Positions 38,989 to 51,613 of a stretch of DNA of 64,000 nt are shown one piece after another (position 1 is the first letter of the stretch; every line of letters starts with the position of its first letter). The DNA is taken from positions 179,419,895 to 179,483,894 of the forward strand of contig NC_068982.1 of the NCBI RefSeq assembly GCF_001194135.2. Reading direction: 5' to 3'. The notes under the pieces are model-generated. The model did no database searches and had not been told where the DNA came from. It saw nothing but the letters and a program-made list of their open reading frames with translations. Both the position numbers and the translations under genes were made by a program. The stretch comes from Octopus bimaculoides (lineage: Eukaryota).

Positions 38989-39158
38989 AACGTTGGACTA
39001 CAGATGTTTTTCTTCTTTTGGTCTCTGATGTTTTCAATTCGAGGAATTAATATTCTTTTCCTCTCAAGTAACCAGTTGAGTGTTGATTCAAGTCTCTGTG
39101 GTAATTCATTGAATGCTGTTGTTGCTATGGCTTCATGTATACCCGTTAAGATTCTTAA
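38989..39158 (-). CDS. Candidate exon, 170 nt, phase 0 to 2: LRILTGIHEAIATTAFNELPQRLESTLNWLLERKRILIPRIENIRDQKKKNICSPT
   Basis: Acceptor gtttttaaattctag; 64 stop-free codons without ATG, so absent from the track; donor gtatat is only moderate. Confidence 0.5.
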
Positions 39159-41378
39159 CTAGAATTTAAAAACATCTCTTCTACTAGATGTCTTTATTGT
39201 GTTGTGAAGTTCCCACTGCTTATTTTGAATCGTGTTTATCATATTATTGCGTTTGTCTTTTCTCTGTCTGTCTCTTTTTTTTTCTCTCTTTCTCTTCTTT
39301 ACCTTGCATTATGCTTTTTATTTACTTTTCATTTCCCTCTCAATATGATGATTATATTTTTATTGTTATTGCTATATCTTTCAACGTTGCTTTGTTTTAG
39401 TTGTTTTTCTTCGTGTTTATTTCCAGTACACCGTTCTGATTAAAAACTTCAAGACGACTCAATATATGCTTTTGTTTGTTTATTTCAGAACGTCTTTTAT
39501 TTTTATTATCACTAGATAAGTATGAATATGTTTTGCATTTTGTAAGTTTTGTAGAATATATTTTCTCTTCCACTGTTTTTAGTGAGCAAAATGGGGTGGT
39601 TGCGCCTTCTGTTAATGGTGAACCCAATTTTATTCGATACTACCATGACTACTGCGCAAATTGGAATATATATTCTATTAATGGTCAGGTTTGCTTCTGG
39701 AAATTATTTACTGGAAAGCCTGTTGGGATTTGGCTATTATTTCTCGAAGATGCTTGTTTAATCGCAGCATGAGAAAATTCTCCGTTTTATCCATGTTTAT
39801 TGATCTTGCGCTCAGATCTCGTTATATTCATTGTTTCTCTTTCCCTATCGTTCGTAGTGAAAATTGTTATAACGTTAGTTTTTATTCTTTTTTATTATTA
39901 TGTGCAAGGTTGAGAGTGTAACATTGTTGTAGCTGCATATTCACATGCTTGTCTTCATTTGTTCAAGTCTGGCCATCATCTCCATTTTGGATTCTAATAA
40001 ATTTTTTCTTTTGTTATTTTAGTGATAGTATTTTCTTTTCTTCTGTGGTCGATTCTGTGGCTATTTTCTGTGTTGTGAATGTGCATGTGTTATTATTGTT
40101 GTTGTGCTGCTACTGTTATTATTGTTGTTGTTGGAAGGGTGAAACAGTTGTTTTGTTACCAATGCTATTGGTGGTGTTGACGATGCTACTGCTGCTGTTT
40201 TTGTTGTTATGTGATCGTTGCTGACGGTTTTGTTTTTCTTCTTTGCATGTTGTTTGTCGCTACAGCACTTCTTGTTCGTGGAGTATTAGTTATGATGCTG
40301 ATACTGTTGTTGTTACTGTAGTGGTTGTGTTAGTATTGTTGTTATTGTTGTCGTTTAGTTTCAAATGAACTGAACCATACAGACCTCTTGTGTCTGGGAT
40401 GTGATGGTTTCTGTTGTACTTCTCCACTTGTTTATACGTCTTATAAGTTTATGTTTGAATGGCTCTAAAGTTCTCTTCTTAGCGCACTATTTCTCTAGTC
40501 CTTATACTACTATATAAGTCAATCTGTTATATGGGCTTTTTTACGAATGTTTGCGCTGTTTAGATATGTGTTTCAATGTATTTAGTAACTCTCCTAAGGA
40601 AATAATGACCTCAAATATATATAATTGTATAAGTGGGGAAGAAAACACGACTTTGCTTTAATCTGATCTTTTAAATTAATAGTCTTTTTTTTTACGCATC
40701 TGCATATCAGATCGTGGTAATTTGTTTGGTACAATAAAGATTCAAAATTCTTATTTATCAACGTTTCCAGGTTATTTCAACATCTTCTTCGGGGTATGGA
40801 GTGATATTGTCTTCTGTACTGTCTCTTTTTATAGTGGACGGCTTTGGTTTCTGCAAACTTTAAGCCAGAATGTTGTTTATGTAAATTTTATAGCCAGAAG
40901 ATGACTGTTAGAACTTCGGAGATTCACGTCATCAGATTTATATCTTGTTCTTTAGAACTCTACGTCACCAAATTATACTTTGATAATCACTGGTGCCGTT
41001 CTATCTTCTTCTGATGTGTGTGTGTTGTTTAGTATGATAATTACCGTCTTTTGATGAGATATGAACATTGCTTCCATAATCAATCGTCTATGACAGTGTA
41101 GATATTTAAAAAGTATGGAAATATTATCTGTTAATATCTGGATTTGTTTCATGGTGTGTTGTGTATTGCAATTGTTCCTCGTGCATATATGTTCATCCTG
41201 CGACAGAGTGTTCTACATGTCCAGTCAATGCAATAATTACAGTCGTGAAGTTTGCAAGTATCGCTTTAACAATCAACTTCATACTAGTTGTAGTATACAC
41301 ATCAGATGACGGTGAAGATATAAGGCGGATTTAGAGAGCAACTCAGTACTAACATTCAAGATTGGAAACGATATTAAT

Positions 41379-41696
41379 ATGTACATTGTTTACATCATTT
41401 AGATCTGACGGATATTTGTCCTCATTTTGTTTGTTGTTAACACAACGTTTCAGCTGATATACCCTCCAACCTTCATGAGGTGTCTTGGGGAAATTTCGAA
41501 CCTGGGTTCTCATTCCTAAGGTATTTTTCGATAATAATAACATCGAAAAATACCTTAGGAATGAGAACCCAGGTTCGAAATTTCCCCCAAGACACCTAAT
41601 GAAGGCTGGATGGTATATCAGCCGAAACGTTGTGTTAACAACAAACAAGATGAGGACAAATATCCGTCAAATGTAAATAATGTAAATAATATACAT
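41379..41696. mobile_element. Long palindrome of a Penelope-type terminal repeat with two degenerate hammerhead motifs
   Basis: ~155-bp inverted arms around loop aataataac (41533-41541); the inner arms are nearly perfectly complementary. Confidence 0.8.
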
Positions 41697-42099
41697 AATT
41701 CCTCATCTCTTAAATATAAAACTCAATAATAATATGAGTCCATTGCTGGACATAAACAGATTAAAAGCAACAGATACATTGCGTCATTATACACAAAATA
41801 CACAAATAAATGCATATACCTATACGTAGATAGCAAATGTCCATATGCCAACAAAATGTCAGTGGTAAAAACCACTTCTTAGGAGAGCTTTTAGATTCTC
41901 TTTCACAGATAAAACGCAAGGTAAATAAATTCATCAAATAAACACTAATCAACAAATGGATATTCAAATACAAACTAGTTGACCGACCGACAAAAATATA
42001 ACGCAACAAATACATTAGACAATTCTTCTACTAAAAATAAACACATTACGTACAAAGAGTACACTATGGATAAAATACATGTTAGGTATTTTGATACTA

Positions 42100-42450
42100 A
42101 TAAATCTTCCATAAGTAATCTTTTATGTTTTTATGAAATTCAATATAAGATGTTTGTGTTCTCAATTTATGATTCTCTATCTCATTTTGCTGTGTGCTCT
42201 GTATTACAAGGCACAACATAATCTCTTGGTAAATGCACGATCAGCCGACGCGAGAATGTCGTAGGAATGTGTCCGATGTAGCAATTTGAGCCATGACATT
42301 TACGACTTACTCGTTCACATTAAAATTAGGGTTGTTGACAAGGTTTCTTATCCAGTTGTTTTTGAAATTTATTCTAATTATGTGTTTGTGATCAGTTGTG
42401 ATCTGTGTGTAATTCAGTTTAATAAATATGCTTCTTTGAAAATATTTTCA
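42100..42450 (-). mobile_element. Penelope-like GIY-YIG remnant
   Basis: Minus strand KCHGSNCYIGHIPTTFSRRLIVHL resembles the PLE YIG.T.TTLSRRL.MHL motif. Confidence 0.5.
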
Positions 42451-44269
42451 TCTATCCGTAAAGAGGCTCTTATTTGTAATTTTTATGGGTTTTATATGTC
42501 CTACATTTATGTAGGAGAATTTATCCTTGTATTATTCAGTGGTAGAAGTTGGCCAAAATTTAGAGAATCGGGTTATTTGAAATATCTTATGTCTAATGGG
42601 TGTTGCCAACGTGTAAGGAAAATGAAACCGAAAGCATACAAGTGTTTAGAGACAGTATATTTTAAAGAGATTGTAACGTCAAGTATTGAAATTAAGGAAC
42701 CGTTTCACAGTTAATGACTTAAAAATTCATCGTGTATTACATGGTGCTTGAGCAAGAATTAAAATATCTTAAACTCGACTAAATTGTTGTACCTGTGGCC
42801 ATGGAGTAATATTTGTACCAACAAGCTTACTTGCTTTCTTCAACGAACAAGTATTTTTGTCACTCCCTTCTTAAAATTCAATTATTTATGTTAACTACAC
42901 AATCCCAGCATATGTGACACTCTTAGACTCTGTATAGCCATTAGAAAGGCGAAAACATTTCCAGATTAATATATCGCACCTGGAAGAAACTTTCTTTTTC
43001 TTTTTACCGTATGACGTATCTTCACTTTTTCATATTAATGTAAATCATTGATTAATTTGAGACTGCTACACAAATATAATTTTTGTTCTAGTTTTTGACA
43101 CTAAATTTTATTGTTTGCTTGTCAAAGTTAGCAAAAGAGAACAAATAATTCTTTTATGCAACGCCACATAAATCCCGCGACCAGATCTGGCCCGCGGGTA
43201 GTAGTTCACTGACCCCTATTCTGTGACATGGTTAAGTAACATGGTCGAGCGTATGTATTCTTAAGATTTCCTGCTCACATATCTAAGATGATGTTGCTGT
43301 TCTATACAAAAGCTTCTTAGACGACATTAAAAAATGTCATTCGCTTTATAAGTAAAAAGTCACTCGCCAATCCGCTACAACTATTGATTTACAAACCTGT
43401 GGTATTCACTATCTTCTTTCTCTTACAATAATGCTATCTGCTCCTCTTTACTAACAATACATCACTTCCATTACGCTCCCCTACTAGATGTACTCTTATC
43501 CTCCTCTCAGCTCACACCTTGAAGAGTCTCACCTCCTCCCCTCACTCCAAACTCTTCGCCCAGTATTTTTTATATTTACAATTACATTTCCTCCCGTCGT
43601 TATATATTTCCTGCAGGCGTTCACCTAAAAAAGTTCAGATGAAATATCAGCCATGTGGATATCACCATTCAGTGACGAGGTGGGGGATCTACAAAGGTCA
43701 AAGAGGCTGCCACTTTTCTGAATAATGTTAAAACAAAAAAGCACATAGAAACTGTCGACCAAGAAACACAAAACATACAATGAATGGAAGGTTGATGTAA
43801 AAGTTTGTTAGTTATTTTTTTTTCTATCGGTGACAACAAAAACAGCAACAGTGCAGCAACAACACCAACAAGAATGAAAGCAAGAACAAGAATAGTGATA
43901 TAACAAAAAGAAAAAAGAAAAAGGCAAAACGTCAATAACTGAAATGTTGTCCTCGTCTTTACAAACCATTTGTTGCTTGGCTTTTTACAACCTTACAGAT
44001 AATCTAATTCCATTTCTTGCTCTTGCCAAACTGTCCGAATTAATCCAATTCTCTTTTCTAGTTACATTGACAGCACAGCTTCTAGCTAATTCTATCTCTC
44101 CCCCATTTATATATATTTTTTTCTCTCTCTCTCCCACACACTATACGTCTCCTTCTCTATCTATACTACAATCACTTGTCTCTTTTTTTTATATTTCTGT
44201 AATTTACTTTACCTTTCTTATCTCACTATCTTGTTCACTTCTTTTTCCCTTTTATATTTGAACAATTCT

Positions 44270-44485
44270 TCTTCTTCTTCTCCTCCTCCTCCTCCTTCTT
44301 CTTCTTCTTCTTCTTCTTCTTCTTCTTCTTCTTCTTCTTCTTCTTCTTCTTCTTCTTCTTCTTCTTCTTCTTCTTCTTCTTCTTCTCTCTCCCTCTCTCT
44401 CTCATTTATTTATCTCTGTTTATCTCTCAATATAACTATCACTTTACTCATGTGTCCATTTACCTATGTACTTGTCGATTTATCC

Positions 44486-44545
<60 letters not shown>

Positions 44546-44570
44546 GTCTATCTATCTATCTATCTACCTA
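44270..44570. repeat. (TCT)n and (TCTA)n microsatellites
   Basis: Visible directly. Confidence 0.95.
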
Positions 44571-44639
44571 TCNNNNNNNNNNATATATATATGCATGTAT
44601 GTATGTATATATATATGTGTGTGTGGATATATATATAAT

Positions 44640-46040
44640 GTCTGCACCCCTCGCACTCCCACAATTTACTTCCTCTCCAAAATCCACAAACCTAACAACC
44701 CTGGCCACATCATCGTCTCCGCCTGCAACTGCCCCACCGAACTCATCTCCAGATATCTTGACCGTGTCCTTGCCCACCTAGTGGTTTCCCTCTCCTCTCA
44801 CATCCATTGCACCAACCATGTTCTTCGTTTGTTCAACTCTTTCTCCTTCCCTCCTTGCCCCTCTAAACTTCTCTTCACTCTTGACATCAAGAGTCTATAC
44901 ACGGTGATCCCTCACCATGAGGGGCTGCGTGCACTCCAACATTTCCTTGACCTTCGACCCGACCCCCAACCTGACACATCCACACTCCTTCGTCTGGCCG
45001 AACTTGTCCTCTTTTCGTTAACTGCTTCTCGTTCGCGGGCGATTTTTACCAGTAGTTCTCGGGAGTGGCCATGGGAACGAGAATGGGCCCCAACTATGCG
45101 AACCTGTTCGTTGGCTACGTTGAGGCCCAAATATTCTCAAGCTTCACTGGTCCCACTTCTGAACTATACGGTAGTTATATTGACGACTGTATCAATGCAA
45201 CCTCACTCTCCCGCGAACATCTAGACTCCTTCCTCTCCTTTGTCCAATCTTTCTATCCGGCCCTCCACTTCTCCTACGCTATTTCCGACACCTCAGTCGC
45301 CTTTCTCGACATTTCAATCAGCATTCATCACTCCACTCTCTCCACTTCTATCCACTACAAACACACAAGCTCACACTCTTACCTCAACTTCTCCTCCTCC
45401 CACCTTAAACACACCAAGCTCTCCATCCCCTATCCCTACTTCCTTCGTCTACGCAGGCTCTGCAGTGACAACCATGACTTTGAGACTCAGTCTCAACTCA
45501 TGGCTCGCCACTTCATCCTACGTGGATATCCCCTCACCACTATCCACACCGCCCTTGCTAGAGCACGTTCTGTGGACCGTGCATCTGCTGTCTCCCTCCG
45601 TACCCGCCCCGCCGTCACCCGTCTCCCGTTTCTGCTCACATACCACCCTACCTCTTCAACGTACCATTCTCCGGCGACTCCAGTTGACCCCTCCACATCG
45701 CACATCTTCTCTAACATACCCCTCCTCTCCTTCAAACGAGCCCACAACCAACGAGAGCTTTTGGTCCACAGTTTCTTCCCTAACCCAACCTCCCAACTCG
45801 GCTCGTTCTCTTGCTCCCGCCCACGCTGACGCACTTGCCCTTACCTTTCCAACACGACTCTCCTAACAGGTAAGCATCATCGACCCTATCATATCACTGA
45901 CTCCTTCACCTGCACTTCTAACAACGTCATCTGCTGCATTTTCTGCTCTCTCTCTGTCCTCTATACATCGGTCAAACGGGACGCCGCTTGGCTGACCGGT
46001 TCGCGGGACACCTCCGAGACATCACGCCATTTCCGCTCTA
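44640..46040 (+). mobile_element. Penelope-like element: reverse transcriptase plus GIY-YIG endonuclease, degenerate
   Basis: YFLSKIHK, FTLDIKSLYTVIP, GVAMGTRMGPNYANLFVG, YIDD, FLDI, SIPY..FLRLRRLCS, CTSNNVIC, YIGQTGRRLADRFAGHL; frameshifts and a stop. Confidence 0.93.
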
Positions 46041-46300
46041 CTGGTCACTTTTTTACTGAAAACTTTTTTACTGAAGACTTTCGTAACTGGATTTTTGTTC
46101 CTGTTATGTTGTTAATTATACGGCGAACACCAGTTTTTGTGGATAATATTATTTGGATACCGTGGATTACCTATATCGGATTACCCAGGCCTGGCCAGGA
46201 GTTCGAATAGGCCAGAGGACAGGGGACATTTAACTGCATTTTTTCCTTTTCTTGAAACTGTTTTTTTCCTTTTCTCCTATTTTTGGTTTTAATTTTTCTT

Positions 46301-46651
46301 CTACAGTTAACTGTGAACCTAGGATCTAGGTATCTTGTGATCCTTGAGGGACACCCCCCCAAGTGTCACAGGTGCCTGGAGTCCGGCCATATAAAGAAGG
46401 ATTGTCGCCAGGACCAGAGTGTGGCCCAGGAGTAGTCAATTAATAAAGAACGCAGTCCTGCTCAGCAAGTCGAAAAAAATGAGGAGGCGGAGGCCTTACT
46501 TGAAAGAGAGAAAAAGAGAAAGGCGGGCATTGATAGTAGCCCGCCGAAACCTCACATAAATAATGTAGAGGTGGAAGGGGGATTAAAGCTCTCGAGTAAA
46601 CCGGAGGACTCCCCCCTCCCACCAGAAAAAAATGAAAAGAGGAGAAATGGT
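46301..46651 (+). mobile_element. Gag-like ORF1 remnant with CCHC zinc knuckle (non-LTR retrotransposon)
   Basis: YLVILEGHPPKCHRCLESGHIKKDC (CX2CX4HX4C), one in-frame stop, then runs into a gap. Confidence 0.6.
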
Positions 46652-47340
46652 ANNNNNNNNNNNNNNNNNNNNNNNNNNNNNNNNNNNNNNNNNNNNNNNN
46701 NNNNNNNNNNNNNNNNNNNNNNNNNNNNNNNNNNNNNNNNNNNNNNNNNNNNNNNNNNNNNNNNNNNNNNNNNNNNNNNNNNNNNNNNNNNNNNNNNNNN
46801 NNNNNNNNNNNNNNNNNNNNNNNNNNNNNNNNNNNNNNNNNNNNNNNNNNNNNNNNNNNNNNNNNNNNNNNNNNNNNNNNNNNNNNNNNNNNNNNNNNNN
46901 NNNNNNNNNNNNNNNNNNNNNNNNNNNNNNNNNNNNNNNNNNNNNNNNNNNNNNNNNNNNNNNNNNNNNNNNNNNNNNNNNNNNNNNNNNNNNNNNNNNN
47001 NNNNNNNNNNNNNNNNNNNNNNNNNNNNNNNNNNNNNNNNNNNNNNNNNNNNNNNNNNNNNNNNNNNNNNNNNNNNNNNNNNNNNNNNNNNNNNNNNNNN
47101 NNNNNNNNNNNNNNNNNNNNNNNNNNNNNNNNNNNNNNNNNNNNNNNNNNNNNNNNNNNNNNNNNNNNNNNNNNNNNNNNNNNNNNNNNNNNNNNNNNNN
47201 NNNNNNNNNNNNNNNNNNNNNNNNNNNNNNNNNNNNNNNNNNNNNNNNNNNNNNNNNNNNNNNNNNNNNNNNNNNNNNNNNNNNNNNNNNNNNNNNNNNN
47301 NNNNNNNNNNNNNNNNNNNNNNNNNNNNNNNNNNNATATA

Positions 47341-47377
<37 letters not shown>

Positions 47378-47463
47378 ATCCATATATTCAACCTATTTAT
47401 CTTTCTATCCAAATATATCTCTATTCATCTCTTCATCTATCCATGCATCGCTATACTTATCTG

Positions 47464-47498
<35 letters not shown>

Positions 47499-47949
47499 GC
47501 CTTTGTTTCTTTCCATCTATTTATTTATTCATTTATCTATTAACTACTTGCAGCTAACACCTTTTCCTCTGAAAACAAATTTGATCAATATTCTTATAAA
47601 AATCCTTGTTTCCATCCTACCACCCCATGCATCTTTCTTCTACACATTAACACTAAGCCTTTGCTCATACATTCCCCTTCTACACAAAATTTCTCCTTGA
47701 CATATTTCCTCACAGATATTCATATGCAAACCATTTCCTTATTACACTTTGCTGTGATATTCTTTATATCTCCCTTCATATTCACACATACTCATATACT
47801 CATCTTTCGAATACGTCGCTTTTTTTGCCTCTTTGCTTTCAATGAAATGATTTTCCAAAGTAATCATATTCTATTGCCTCATGTTATTCTGATAGTAAGA
47901 AATAAAAAGTAATCCTTTCCACCTAACACCTTAACAGCTTCCTCAGTAT

Positions 47950-47981
<32 letters not shown>

Positions 47982-48887
47982 NNNNNNNNNNNNNNNNNNN
48001 NNNNNNNNNNNNNNNNNNNNNNNNNNNNNNNNNNNNNNNNNNNNNNNNNNNNNNNNNNNNNNNNNNNNNNNNNNNNNNNNNNNNNNNNNNNNNNNNNNNN
48101 NNNNNNNNNNNNNNNNNNNNNNNNNNNNNNNNNNNNNNNNNNNNNNNNNNNNNNNNNNNNNNNNNNNNNNNNNNNNNNNNNNNNNNNNNNNNNNNNNNNN
48201 NNNNNNNNNNNNNNNNNNNNNNNNNNNNNNNNNNNNNNNNNNNNNNNNNNNNNNNNNNNNNNNNNNNNNNNNNNNNNNNNNNNNNNNNNNNNNNNNNNNN
48301 NNNNNNNNNNNNNNNNNNNNNNNNNNNNNNNNNNNNNNNNNNNNNNNNNNNNNNNNNNNNNNNNNNNNNNNNNNNNNNNNNNNNNNNNNNNNNNNNNNNN
48401 NNNNNNNNNNNNNNNNNNNNNNNNNNNNNNNNNNNNNNNNNNNNNNNNNNNNNNNNNNNNNNNNNNNNNNNNNNNNNNNNNNNNNNNNNNNNNNNNNNNN
48501 NNNNNNNNNNNNNNNNNNNNNNNNNNNNNNNNNNNNNNNNNNNNNNNNNNNNNNNNNNNNNNNNNNNNNNNNNNNNNNNNNNNNNNNNNNNNNNNNNNNN
48601 NNNNNNNNNNNNNNNNNNNNNNNNNNNNNNNNNNNNNNNNNNNNNNNNNNNNNNNNNNNNNNNNNNNNNNNNNNNNNNNNNNNNNNNNNNNNNNNNNNNN
48701 NNNNNNNNNNNNNNNNNNNNNNNNNNNNNNNNNNNNNNNNNNNNNNNNNNNNNNNNNNNNNNNNNNNNNNNNNNNNNNNNNNNNNNNNNNNNNNNNNNNN
48801 NNNNNNNNNNNNNNNNNNNNNNNNNNNNNNNNNNNNNNNNNNNNNNNNNNNNNNNNNNNNNNNNNNNNNNNNNNNNNNNNNNNNNNN

Positions 48888-48946
<59 letters not shown>

Positions 48947-49778
48947 TATATACATACATGTGTGTGTGTGTGTGCGTGTGTGCGTGTGTGTGTAAGATTA
49001 CATGGAAGGTTTTTCACAATAGTGCAAGATTATATGGATGATTTTCCGATGTTGTACAAGTATAAGTGAACTAGTACAAGAGAATTGGCACTTGTAAAAA
49101 GAAGGTTCTACAGTTGTATGCAGTGATTTCCTACAGTGACACAAAATGTGAAACTTGTAGCAGAGGCGTAAAATCGATTGGATCGAATTCTGACAATTTG
49201 TTTTCACGATCAAAACTCAGAACCTTTAGTTTGGAAAATAAATGTGCGATACACTGCATTTAGTCTGGGTCTCTATCAACCATTCTAAATTAATAACAAA
49301 CCCGTAATAATAATGAAACACGTATTTCATGTAATCGGTTCATTACAAAGAATTTGGGGCTTGAGTAGCCACTGGAAAGCAGAAACATAGCCATAAATTT
49401 AATCATACCTTCGTTTATATTTATATGGACAATGATCAAAGCCTAGTTATCTACTCCAAACCTGATTTATGAAACTATAAAGCCAAGATTATAAAGTTGT
49501 CAAGAACCTGAAGTGCCTGATCCACTACAGTGAATCTCAGGTTAAGTATGGTTTAGTAGTCTTTCTTGACGCCAGATATTTAAAGTAAATCTATGAACGG
49601 AAATGGAACTTCAAAGAGGACTGTTGTGGTCATTTATATAATATGCAGTTATATGAACGTATGTGGGACTAGAAGAGAAAATATATGGTTGTATGTGGAA
49701 TAAGAGTAACTGAATCAACGATGTTAAATATAAATCATATATCTATATCTATATCTATAATTATATATATATATATAC

Positions 49779-49812
<34 letters not shown>

Positions 49813-50084
49813 NNNNNNNNNNNNNNNNNNNNNNNNNNNNNNNNNNNNNNNNNNNNNNNNNNNNNNNNNNNNNNNNNNNNNNNNNNNNNNNNNNNNNNNN
49901 NNNNNNNNNNNNNNNNNNNNNNNNNNNNNNNNNNNNNNNNNNNNNNNNNNNNNNNNNNNNNNNNNNNNNNNNNNNNNNNNNNNNNNNNNNNNNNNNNNNN
50001 ATATTTATATATATATGTATATATGTATGTATGTTTGTATGTATGTATGCATGCAAAGTACGATGGATAAATTGTCGCGATATA

Positions 50085-50167
50085 CAGTAATCCCTCGACT
50101 AGCGCAGATGCTATGCTCCAACCCCACCCCCGCGATTGGCGAACCGCGATGTGGCGAGGGATTACTG
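50085..50167. mobile_element. 83-bp pogo/Tigger-like MITE
   Basis: Perfect 13-bp TIR cagtaatccctcg / cgagggattactg; TA on the left, TG on the right. Confidence 0.75.
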
Positions 50168-50169
50168 TG

Positions 50170-51337
50170 CAGGGAGCGATGGATAAATTGCCGCCATTTT
50201 ATAATTTTCAATTTTGAGCATGCATATTGTTTGTTTTTGATTTTGTCGACTATACAGTCTAGTAGGATCAGTTGGCCACTCTCTGTGAGAAAAACAGCAC
50301 TATGACGCAATTCACTCTGCTACAAATTTGGAAACGACATGTACTGCTTGGCTTTCGCAATGGATGCTCCAATATGAACATTTCAGAGTGTTTGGGTGTT
50401 AATCTGAGGACAGAGCAGAGGTACTGAAGATCGGAAAACTCACTCTGACGGTTCTCATAAGAAAAGAACTCCTGAATTTGTTGGTGAGATCCATCCCTGT
50501 CTGACTTTCTTATCAGGCAGGTAGTGCATGAAGACATTTGATATTACTCATACAAGATGAGAAAGGGCCAATTTTTATCCCAAGCCACGAAGGACAAGAA
50601 GAAAAACCGCGCTACGAAGCTTTTGAACAAACTCAAGCTTCCCCACCAACCGAACATGCTTTCTCGTCAGAGAAGAAATTCTGCCAGGATCAAATAGTGA
50701 CCTCACAAAGCAACCGTTGGCTAGCCGTGCCCTAAAACATGTACCGAGAGTGATAAAAATCAAACATCCAGTCAACATCATAGTGTTTGGAGTGATCACT
50801 AGTGATGGCGACGTTATGCCTCCATTCATCTTCCCACACGGCTTCACACTCAACACGGAGGCCTACATCAAGTGCAAGGAAGAGGTAGTGCTGCCCTGGA
50901 CCAAGAAGGTGGCTCCTGGCACACCCTGTGTCTGGCAACTGGACTCTGCACCATGCCACCCAAGCAGGGGTAACCAGTCATGGCTGTCAGATAATTTCTG
51001 CGAACACATCAGTTCTGACATCTGGCCACCTAACTCCCCAGACTACAACCCCCTCGATTATTATGTGTGGGCCGCAGTTGAGTGAGAGATCAACAAAACT
51101 CCTTGTAACACCAAAGATGAACTGAAGGCAAGGAGACCGTCCAGAAGAGTTGCAGGAGATTCCAAAGTTGTCTGGAGGCAGTGGTTGAAGCCAATGGCGA
51201 TTTTGTTGAACAAATATATTCTTTAGTATTTCAAGATACTTTTATGTAATTTTGGTAAATATATCTGTTAAAATGTTAAAATGATATGTCAGTTTATTTT
51301 TGCGTAATTTAGACGACAGTTTATTCACCGCACCTTA
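50170..51337 (+). mobile_element. maT-family (DD37D) Tc1/mariner element, degenerate, near full length
   Basis: WQLDSAPCH...WPPNSPDYNPLDYYVW with 37 residues between the Ds; imperfect TIRs at 50170-50195 and 51312-51337 (18/26 identical by my count). Confidence 0.88.
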
Positions 51338-51577
51338 TATATATATATATATNNNNNNNNNNNNNNNNNNNNNNNNNNNNNNNNNNNNNNNNNNNNNNNN
51401 NNNNNNNNNNNNNNNNNNNNNNNNNNNNNNNNNNNNNNNNNNNNNNNNNNNNNNNNNNNNNNNNNNNNNNNNNNNNNNNNNNNNNNNNNNNNNNNNNNNN
51501 NNNNNNNNNNNNNNNNNNNNNNNNNNNNNNNNNNNNNNNNNNNNNNNNNNNNNNNNNNNNNNNNNNNNNNNNNNNNN

Positions 51578-51613
<36 letters not shown>

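Noticed and set aside
39560-39860. Possible LINE apurinic endonuclease remnant on the minus strand (NKHG.NGE...LIEYIF)
   Set aside because: Too degenerate to call by eye
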